A DNA stretch of 64,000 bases, taken from positions 1,056,001 through 1,120,000 of the forward strand of contig CAVXGK010000001.1 in NCBI GenBank assembly GCA_963761305.1, written 5' to 3'. The notes beneath the pieces are model-generated. The model had not been told where the DNA came from, made no database searches, and saw only the letters and a program-made list of their open reading frames with translations. The DNA is from an uncultured Gemmatimonadaceae bacterium. GTDB lineage: Bacteria; Gemmatimonadota; Gemmatimonadetes; Gemmatimonadales; Gemmatimonadaceae. This document shows, piece after piece, positions 9,855-17,272 of this stretch; position 1 is the stretch's first letter; every line of letters begins with the position of its first letter. A program made the position numbers and the translations under genes.

Positions 9855-11350
9855 CGGCGGACGCGCGCGAAGGTGATTCCCGAAATGCGCACGCCCGACA
9901 CGCCGCCGGTGCCGTCCGGAGTAAAGGTCAGCGCGACCTGCTCGCGCGGATTCGCGGCGTGCGTCCGGAACGAGTCGATGTCCCAGTGATCCAACTCGAC
10001 TTCGGGATCGGTGACGACGCGCGCCCGCAACTTTCCGTTCGCGTTCGTCACGGTGACGGTTCCGTACGCCGAATCGACGAACGTGCCGGCGTACTTCTCG
10101 ATCGCGACCGACGCCGGACGCTCTACGTGCTGCGCCGCTTGTACCACCGGACCGGCGCTCTGCCTCATGCGCGCGAATAGCGCGCTGACCTCCGCGCTCC
10201 AGTCTCGCGACGGGCCGCCGTTGTAGAGATCGAACGCGCGGTACATGAGCGCGTGTCGCAGCTCCGCGTGATCGAGGTTCTCCAGGACGTAGACGCCGAG
10301 GTGCTCGTTCGGCATGAGGCCGATGATGGCGCACTGGCCGTCGATGCTGCCGGTGTGCATCCACACCTGCTGGCCCGCGTAGTCCTGGATGAACCAGCCG
10401 AACCCGTAGCTGAAGAAGTCGGGCCGCGACAGTTGAAGCGCCGGGTACTCTTCCATCGGCGCTTGAATTTGCGGCGTGATCAACTCGCGGAACGTCGACG
10501 CCTTGATGAGGCGCTTGTCGCCGACTCGGCCGCTGTCGAGGATGAAGCGCATCCACTTCGACATGTCGCTCACGCTCGACCAAACCGACCCGGCGGGCGC
10601 AATGAGGTCCGTCGAGCGCATCGGAACGGCGCGAACGCTGTCGCCCGCCAGGACGTGCGGTACCGAGACGTTCGCTTTGCCGCCAATTTCCGACACGAGC
10701 GCTTCGGTCTCGTTCATCCCAAGCGGTCCGAAGATGTGCGAACGGACGAACGCCTCCCACGACATCCCCGACGCGCGCTCGACGATCGTTCCGCTCAAGG
10801 CGTACATCACGTTCTGATACGACCAGTTCGACCGGAAGGACGACTCGGGTTTGATGTAGCGCAGCCCGTGAATGATCTCCGGCAGTGTGTAGTGCCACCG
10901 CGCCCAGAAGAGGTCCGTACCCGGCAAGCCGCTGCGATGCGTGAGCAGGTCACGAATGGTCAACTCGCGCGTCGCGTAGGGATCGTACAGCTGGAGCTCG
11001 GGGATGTAGTCCGTGACGTGGTCGTCCCAATGGATCTTCCCTTCGTCGACGAGCATGGCGAGCGACGCGGACGTCATCGCCTTCGTCGTCGACCCGATCG
11101 CGAAGCGCGTGTGCTCGTCGGCCTTCTGACTCTTGCCGATCTCGAGCACGCCATAGCCCTTGGCGAAGACGAGCGAGTCGTCCTTCACGACGGCGATCGC
11201 GAGCGCCGGCACCTTCCAATCGCGGGCCGCTTGGGCGACATAGCGGTCGAACGCCGCCCAGTCAGGAGCGGTTGCCTTTTGAGCGCTCGCCGGCGCGACC
11301 GCGGCGAGCGCCGCGACGGCCATGGCAGTCAAACGCAAATTGCTTCGCAT
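9851..11350 (-). CDS. Serine hydrolase, beta-lactamase class C / D-peptidase family, with DUF3471-like C-terminus
   Basis: SxxK (STTK), LLTHRSG, YQN and HTG motifs; signal peptide. Confidence 0.92.
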   Translation of the reverse strand: MRSNLRLTAMAVAALAAVAPASAQKATAPDWAAFDRYVAQAARDWKVPALAIAVVKDDSLVFAKGYGVLEIGKSQKADEHTRFAIGSTTKAMTSASLAMLVDEGKIHWDDHVTDYIPELQLYDPYATRELTIRDLLTHRSGLPGTDLFWARWHYTLPEIIHGLRYIKPESSFRSNWSYQNVMYALSGTIVERASGMSWEAFVRSHIFGPLGMNETEALVSEIGGKANVSVPHVLAGDSVRAVPMRSTDLIAPAGSVWSSVSDMSKWMRFILDSGRVGDKRLIKASTFRELITPQIQAPMEEYPALQLSRPDFFSYGFGWFIQDYAGQQVWMHTGSIDGQCAIIGLMPNEHLGVYVLENLDHAELRHALMYRAFDLYNGGPSRDWSAEVSALFARMRQSAGPVVQAAQHVERPASVAIEKYAGTFVDSAYGTVTVTNANGKLRARVVTDPEVELDHWDIDSFRTHAANPREQVALTFTPDGTGGVSGVRISGITFARVRR

Positions 11351-11373
11351 GGATCCTCGAAATGTCTTGTTGA

Positions 11374-11397
11374 CGGTCTGCCGGTCCACCGGTCCAC
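11374..11397. repeat. 3x 8-bp tandem repeat (CGGTCCAC-like)
   Basis: cggtctgc cggtccac cggtccac, immediately after the CocE stop codon. Confidence 0.6.
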
Positions 11398-11402
11398 TTC
11401 TC

Positions 11403-13277
11403 TCAACGGGCGTTCACCACGGACACCTGCACGTAACTCGCCGCGTCGCGCGACCGGAAGATGCGATGCGTCTGCGCCTTGAAATCGGAATCTTTGGCCT
11501 CGAAGATGTTGGCCACGTAGGTCTGCGGGTTGCGGTCGATCAGCGGGAACCAACTGCTCTGCACTTCGACCATGATGCGGTGTCCCTTGCGGAACTTGTA
11601 ATCCTGCGTGTGGAGATCGATCACGTATTCGTCGACGTGGTTCGGCGTGATCGCCTCGGGATGCTCGAAGCTCTTGCGAAACCGGCCGCGGAAAACATCG
11701 TTGGCGACCATGAGCTGGTAGCCGCCGAGCTTCGCGTCGCCCTGGCTCGAATCCGGATACACATCGATGAGCTTCACGACCCAATCGGCGTCGGAACCCG
11801 TGGTCGACGCGAACAGATGCGCCGTGATGTCGCCGGCGATCACGACGTCGTCGGAGAGCGGTTCCGTCTCCCAGTTGATGACGTCGGGGCGTCCGGCGAG
11901 GAATCGCTGATCGTCGGCGAGCCAGCGCGACCACGTCGAACCCTCGCCGTACGTCGGCAGGATCGGCCGCGGACGATAGGGCACTGGGTTCGCCGGATCG
12001 GACACGTACGAATCGGCCGCCTTCGGCGTACGGTCGGCCGACGCGGTGAACGACAGCTTGTGATCGGCCTGCGTGTAGAGACGCCGCGGCGTGACGTCGG
12101 CTTTCGGCGGCCAGCTCGCGTGCTGCTCCCACTTGTTCGTTCCCGCTTCGAACGTCGTCGCCTCGGCGAGGTTCATCTGGCCGACGCCCTTGAGCCAGTA
12201 CGCGAAGAACGGCGCCTGGATGTCGCGTCGATAGTCCGGCGACGTGGCCGACCCGAAGTCGAGATTGCCGAGCGTCCTGCCGCTGGGCCCACTCCACCCA
12301 CCGTGATTCCACGGGCCGACGACGAGGAAGTTGAGGTGGTTTGTGTCGTGCTTCTCGAGCAGCTCATAGATGGTGATCGGTCCGTAGAAGTCCTCCTGGT
12401 CCCACCAGCCCGCGACGCTGAGCGTCGGCACGGTCACGCGATCCACGTACGGAGCGACAGCCTGTTTCTGCCAGAACGCGTCGTAGCTCGGATGGTTCGC
12501 GAAGTTGTTCCAGCTCGGAATGTTGCCGTGCAGGTATTTCTCGTTGACGTGGGCGAGCGATCCGAGCTTGAGGTACCAGTCGTACGTGTCGGAGTCGTTG
12601 AACGCGAACGGCGCGCGTTCCTTGTTCGTCTCCATCATCACCGCGTACTCGAACCCATAGCTCAACCGGAACGCGCCGTTGTGGTGAAAGTCGTCGCCGA
12701 TGAACATGTCGGCGGGCGACGCCTGCGGCGACACCGCCTTGAGCGCCGGGTGCGGATCGAGCATCGCGACCACGGTGAGCCATCCCGGATACGACACGCC
12801 CATCATCCCGACGCGCCCGTTGTTGTGCGGCACGTTCTTGATCAGCCAGTCGATCGTGTCGTACGTGTCGGTGCTTTCGTCGATCGCTTTCGGATCCTTC
12901 TTGTTCCGCATTTGGCGCAGCATCACGAACTGTCCTTCCGACTTGTAGCGTCCGCGAATGTCCTGATGGACGAAGATGTACCCCTCGCGCGCCAGCTCCG
13001 CGTACGCGCCGCGGAACGTCGCCTCGCCGCCTTCGATGCCGTACGGCGTGCGGATCATGATGATCGGCAGATTCCCGGCGAATCCGCGCGGCACGAAGAT
13101 GTTGGTGTGCAGCTTCACCCCGTCGCGCATCGGGACCATCGTCTCCGTCTTGTCGAACGTCGGAATCGGCGGCGCGCCTTCACTCCCCGGCTCCTGCGCC
13201 CGCGCGAGCGCCGAGACGAGGATGGCCGCGGCGATGACGAGGCGGGGCACGGATAGAACCACTGGACGCACGCGCAT
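11403..13277 (-). CDS. CocE/NonD-family hydrolase (alpha-amino acid ester hydrolase-like)
   Basis: MRDGVKL, RTPY, QDIRGRYKSEG, GVSYPG nucleophile motif, GPWNHGGW and DRNPQT; signal peptide. Confidence 0.93.
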   Translation of the reverse strand: MRVRPVVLSVPRLVIAAAILVSALARAQEPGSEGAPPIPTFDKTETMVPMRDGVKLHTNIFVPRGFAGNLPIIMIRTPYGIEGGEATFRGAYAELAREGYIFVHQDIRGRYKSEGQFVMLRQMRNKKDPKAIDESTDTYDTIDWLIKNVPHNNGRVGMMGVSYPGWLTVVAMLDPHPALKAVSPQASPADMFIGDDFHHNGAFRLSYGFEYAVMMETNKERAPFAFNDSDTYDWYLKLGSLAHVNEKYLHGNIPSWNNFANHPSYDAFWQKQAVAPYVDRVTVPTLSVAGWWDQEDFYGPITIYELLEKHDTNHLNFLVVGPWNHGGWSGPSGRTLGNLDFGSATSPDYRRDIQAPFFAYWLKGVGQMNLAEATTFEAGTNKWEQHASWPPKADVTPRRLYTQADHKLSFTASADRTPKAADSYVSDPANPVPYRPRPILPTYGEGSTWSRWLADDQRFLAGRPDVINWETEPLSDDVVIAGDITAHLFASTTGSDADWVVKLIDVYPDSSQGDAKLGGYQLMVANDVFRGRFRKSFEHPEAITPNHVDEYVIDLHTQDYKFRKGHRIMVEVQSSWFPLIDRNPQTYVANIFEAKDSDFKAQTHRIFRSRDAASYVQVSVVNAR

Positions 13278-13315
13278 GTGAGGGCTCCGGACGGTCGAGG
13301 CGGGTAGTCCCGCCG

Positions 13316-13344
13316 ATTGTACACCAGAGTGGTAGACCATGCAA
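13316..13344 (-). promoter_or_regulatory. Sigma70 promoter TTGCAT-N17-TACAAT containing a GntR-like operator TGGTCTACCA-N3-TGGTGTACAA
   Basis: -35 at 13339-13344, -10 at 13316-13321; resembles the site at 3680-3704. Confidence 0.65.
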
Positions 13345-13359
13345 CACCGGAGGGCGAAA

Positions 13360-13423
13360 CTAACGAACAGCGGAGGTGACAAACGGCGAAGGTGACGAAC
13401 CGCGATGCTAACGAACGGCGAGA
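13360..13423. repeat. 4x 16-bp degenerate tandem repeat
   Basis: ctaacgaacagcggag / gtgacaaacggcgaag / gtgacgaaccgcgatg / ctaacgaacggcgaga. Confidence 0.6.
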
Positions 13424-13550
13424 ACGACGCCGGACCACATCACGATTTCCATCGCGTAACGCCTTCGGTGGCATCGGAGGTGCGTTTCTCATCCGCGGAA
13501 ATTGGACCTTCGTCTAGCGCGGCGAGCTCCGCCGCGATGGGAGGTAGGTG

Positions 13551-14216
13551 ATGAGTAACTCAATGATCATGGGAATTATCGTCATCGCGCTCGCCGTGAC
13601 GGTTGTCGTCGTCTGGTACGCGATTGACTTGCGTCAACGCAGTAGCGCCCTTCGAGCGCAGTACGGCAGCGAGTACGACCGTACAGTCCGCCACTCCAGC
13701 AGCCGACGGGCCGCGGAGGCCGAGCTCGCCAAGCGTCAGGACCGCGTCGACCATTTCGAAATCCGGCCACTGCTCGCCGAACAGCGCGAGTTGTTCGACC
13801 AGCAATGGCGCGACGTCCAGGAAATGTTCGTCGACGATCCCGCCCGCGCGATCAATCGTGCCGACGCGCTCGTCGTCGAAGCGATGCGGACGCGCGGCTA
13901 TCCGGTCGCCAACTTCGAACAGCGCGCCGCGGACTTGTCGGTCCGGCATTCGGCATTCGTGCGAAACTATCGCGCGGCGCGCGACGTCGCCGAGCGCCAT
14001 CGACGCGGCGCCGCGACGACGGAAGAGCTTCGACGCGCGATGCTCTACTACCACGAGATGTTCGACGATCTGCTGGGCCCCGAGCCGGCGATGACGGATC
14101 GCCCCGTCGAGATGATCGTTGGGCGAGACGTTGCGCCGCCGCCGGTGATCGACGATCTCCAACGCCCGCAACCGAGGCGGACGTTCGATTCACACCCGGA
14201 CGACGAGGTTCGCTAA
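13551..14216 (+). CDS. Hypothetical membrane-anchored helical protein
   Basis: GGAGGT RBS, N-terminal TM helix, FVDDP...RGYP and TEELRRAM motifs. Confidence 0.8.
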   Translation: MSNSMIMGIIVIALAVTVVVVWYAIDLRQRSSALRAQYGSEYDRTVRHSSSRRAAEAELAKRQDRVDHFEIRPLLAEQRELFDQQWRDVQEMFVDDPARAINRADALVVEAMRTRGYPVANFEQRAADLSVRHSAFVRNYRAARDVAERHRRGAATTEELRRAMLYYHEMFDDLLGPEPAMTDRPVEMIVGRDVAPPPVIDDLQRPQPRRTFDSHPDDEVR

Positions 14217-14229
14217 TCAAGTTCCGGCT

Positions 14230-14262
14230 GCACGGCTGACGGCGGCACGCCGTCAGCCGTGC
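14230..14262. terminator. 15-bp perfect hairpin between convergent genes
   Basis: GCACGGCTGACGGCG-GCA-CGCCGTCAGCCGTGC; no U-tract. Confidence 0.55.
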
Positions 14263-14269
14263 GACCGGT

Positions 14270-16684
14270 CTACTCGAACCTGAGCGCTTCGACCGGATCG
14301 ACGTTCGCCGCGCGTCGTGCGGGGATGTAGCTCGCCACGAGTGCGATCGTCGTCAGCAGCACCGCCACGCCGACGAAGCTCAGCGGATCGAACGGCGATA
14401 CGCCGTAGAGCAGTGTGCGCAGGAACCGAGTGACCGCGAGGCCGCCGGCCAGCCCGATCAAGACGCCGAGTCCGCCGAGAGACGCGCCATGGCCGACGAC
14501 CAATCGCAGCACGTCGCCGCGCTGTGCACCGAGCGCCACGCGCACGCCGATCTCCTGCGTCCGCTGCGAGACCGCGTACGAGATCACGCCATAGACGCCG
14601 ATCGCCGCCAGCACCACCGCGATCGCCGCGAACACACCGAACAGTTTTCCATAGAGCGCCTGCTGCCAGTACGAGCGCGTGATGCTCGCGTCCATGCTCA
14701 TCACGCGGTACGCCGGCAGTTGCGGATCCGCCTGCTTGAGCGCGCCGAGTACCGTGTTCGTGATGTTCGCCGGATCGCCCTGCGCTCGCACGACAATCGA
14801 TGCCGTGTTCCAGCCGCCCTGACGGTACGGCATGTAGCCCTGCAAATCCGGCGTCGACGTGAGCTGCTTGTGTTTGATGTCGGCAGCGACGCCGATGATC
14901 GTGATCCAGCGAACTGCTGTGTCCGTGGCCGCGCCGAACTTGAAGCGCTTGCCGATCGCGTCGCCCTTCGGCCAGAATTTGTTGGCCAGGTACTCGTTGA
15001 CCACGGCGACGCGACCGGCCACGCCGGAGTCCGCCCACTCCTGCTGGTTGAACATCCGCCCGCGCTTCAGCGGGATGTGCATCGTCTCCAGATACCTTGG
15101 CGACACCCAACGAATCTCGAGCAACGGCTCCTCGCCGAGCAACGTGGGCCGATCTTCGAGCGTGAAGAAGCTGTTGTTGTTGCCCCCACTCAAAGGGATG
15201 TTGTTCGTGATCGCCGCCGAAACGACGCCGGGGCGCCGATTCAGATCCGTGAGGAAGCGATCCCAGAACGCGAATCGCTTGAACGTCGAGTCGTAGTGCG
15301 GACCGGTGAGCGTGACGCGCATGGTGAGCAGGCCGTCGGCGTCGAACCCGGGCTTGATGCTCTGCAGCCCGAGGAAGCTGCGAATGAGGAGCGCCGCTCC
15401 AACCAGCAGCACGAGCGACAGCGCGACCTCGCCGACGACGAGGCTGCTGCGTAGACGCTGACGGGAGCGCCCCGCGCTCGCGCCGCGCGTGCCCGAGTCG
15501 CGCAGCGTTTCGTTCAGGTTCGGGTTCGACGATTGGAGCGCCGGCACGAGTCCGAACAGGATCCCAGTCACCACGGCGACCGCCACGGTGAACAGCAGCA
15601 CCTGGCCGTCGATCGTAAAGCGCATCCAGAACGGAATCCCGTTGAGAAGGCTGGTCTTGATCCATTGCAGCAGTCCAAACGCGAACGCGATGCCCAGCGT
15701 CGCGCCCGCCAGCGCGACGAGCACGCTCTCCGTGAGCAGTTGCCGCATCACCCGCCAGCTTTCGGCCCCGAGTGCGACGCGCACCGCCATCTCTTTGGAC
15801 CGCGCCGTCGCACGGGCGAGCAGGAGATTCGCGACGTTGGCGCACGCGATGAGCAGCACGAACGCCACCGACGCCATCATGATGAGCAGAACCGGACGAA
15901 TGTTGCCGACCTGCGAATCACGCAGCGTCTGCACGTCCACGCCCCAGCCCGTGTTCGACTGCGGATATTGCGCCTCGATCGTCGCGGCGATGCGCCGCAG
16001 GTCCGTTTGCGCTTGATCGATCGTGACGCCTGGCTTGAGCCGCCCGATGACTTGCCACGAGTGATTGCCGCGGTTCTTCATCGGGTCCAGCTGCATCGTC
16101 GTCCACGCCTGCGCCGAGCTCGGGAACTCGAAGTCCGGCGGCATCACGCCGATGACCGTGTTCTTCACGCCGTCGACGAGGATCTCCTGCCCGAGGATGT
16201 CTCGGCGACCCGCGAACCGGTCGTGCCAGAGACGGTCGCCGAGAATGATCACGTTCGGCGCGCCCACTCGGTCTTCGTCTTCCTTGAAATCCCGGCCGAG
16301 CGCCGGCGAAACGCCGAGCGTGCGAAACGTCGTCCACGACACGTTGCCGCCGGGCACGTATTCCGCGCCGCCGTTCGCGGCCAGGTTGTAGGACGTCCCG
16401 GTGTAGATGCCGACGTTCGCCAGCGAGCGATTGTCCGCCTGCCAGCTGCGAAAGTTCGGATACGACACGCTGTTCATGTGCCAGCCGCGCTTCGCGTTCG
16501 CCTCGCCGATCGCCACCAGCGCGTCGGGATCGCGATACGGGAACGGCCGCAGCAGCATCGCCCGGATGCAACTGAAAATCGTCGCGTTGACGCCGATGCC
16601 CAGCGCCAGGCAGAGCACGGCGGTGACGGTGAACGCCGGACTCTTGACTAGCGTGCGAAACGCGAAGCGAATGTCCTGGAGCAT
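14270..16684 (-). CDS. ADOP-type duplicated ABC permease (MacB/FtsX)
   Basis: MLQDIRFAFRTL, ALGIG, LLIACANVANLLLAR, EIGVRVALGA and PARRAANVDP motifs. Confidence 0.93.
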   Translation of the reverse strand: MLQDIRFAFRTLVKSPAFTVTAVLCLALGIGVNATIFSCIRAMLLRPFPYRDPDALVAIGEANAKRGWHMNSVSYPNFRSWQADNRSLANVGIYTGTSYNLAANGGAEYVPGGNVSWTTFRTLGVSPALGRDFKEDEDRVGAPNVIILGDRLWHDRFAGRRDILGQEILVDGVKNTVIGVMPPDFEFPSSAQAWTTMQLDPMKNRGNHSWQVIGRLKPGVTIDQAQTDLRRIAATIEAQYPQSNTGWGVDVQTLRDSQVGNIRPVLLIMMASVAFVLLIACANVANLLLARATARSKEMAVRVALGAESWRVMRQLLTESVLVALAGATLGIAFAFGLLQWIKTSLLNGIPFWMRFTIDGQVLLFTVAVAVVTGILFGLVPALQSSNPNLNETLRDSGTRGASAGRSRQRLRSSLVVGEVALSLVLLVGAALLIRSFLGLQSIKPGFDADGLLTMRVTLTGPHYDSTFKRFAFWDRFLTDLNRRPGVVSAAITNNIPLSGGNNNSFFTLEDRPTLLGEEPLLEIRWVSPRYLETMHIPLKRGRMFNQQEWADSGVAGRVAVVNEYLANKFWPKGDAIGKRFKFGAATDTAVRWITIIGVAADIKHKQLTSTPDLQGYMPYRQGGWNTASIVVRAQGDPANITNTVLGALKQADPQLPAYRVMSMDASITRSYWQQALYGKLFGVFAAIAVVLAAIGVYGVISYAVSQRTQEIGVRVALGAQRGDVLRLVVGHGASLGGLGVLIGLAGGLAVTRFLRTLLYGVSPFDPLSFVGVAVLLTTIALVASYIPARRAANVDPVEALRFE

Positions 16685-16911
16685 GTGCAAGGGGTAGGGG
16701 CCGCTCGGTCAGACAGTCGGCCCAGGGCTTTGGTTGAAGTGGACTCCCCTTTCTGTTTCGTCGATCCTGGCCCGGCGAGCGCTGGTCTGAAGTCCGATGT
16801 CTGAGGTCAGTCGTCCGACTTCGAGCGAACCACGCGGCCAGCCAAGCCACACGGAAGGCAGACTGGCCGCGATCCCTGCGGTTACGGCGACAACCCTTCT
16901 ACTCTTCCTGC

Positions 16912-16927
16912 TGTCTACCCTTAGACA
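16912..16927. promoter_or_regulatory. Palindrome TGTCTA-N4-TAGACA, probable PadR operator
   Basis: Perfect inverted repeat just upstream of the padR RBS. Confidence 0.5.
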
Positions 16928-16943
16928 CTAGGAGGAAGCCCGC

Positions 16944-17270
16944 ATGCCCCTGCTCAAAGGGACGCTCGACCCGCTGGTCCTCAAGACGCTGTCCTGGACC
17001 CCGATGCACGCCTTCGAGATCACATCGTGGATCGAAGACCGCTCGGCCGGCCGCGTCGCCGTCGACGACGCCGCGCTGCTCCAGGCGCTGCACCGCATGG
17101 AGGAACGCCGGCTGATCGAAGCCGAGTGGGGCGTGACGAAGAACGGACGCCGGGCCAGATACTACAAGATCACGCCGGCCGGCCGTGCGCATCTGCGCGC
17201 CGAGTCGGCGCGGCTCGTCGACCACTTCGACGCCGTCGTCTCCGTCCTTGGCGCCAAGTCGGCGAAATAG
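16944..17270 (+). CDS. PadR-family transcriptional regulator
   Basis: LLKGTLD..VL, LHRME, WG.TKNGRRARYY.IT..GR; AGGAGG RBS. Confidence 0.93.
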   Translation: MPLLKGTLDPLVLKTLSWTPMHAFEITSWIEDRSAGRVAVDDAALLQALHRMEERRLIEAEWGVTKNGRRARYYKITPAGRAHLRAESARLVDHFDAVVSVLGAKSAK

Positions 17271-17272
17271 CC

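Noticed and set aside
8127..10898. 923-aa fused ORF and other upstream-extended ORF starts
   Set aside because: The extensions overlap real genes in other frames; coupled starts or RBS positions give shorter genes.
9851..11350. Antibiotic-resistance beta-lactamase
   Set aside because: Generic SxxK serine hydrolase in a peptide-catabolism context; nothing specific for resistance.
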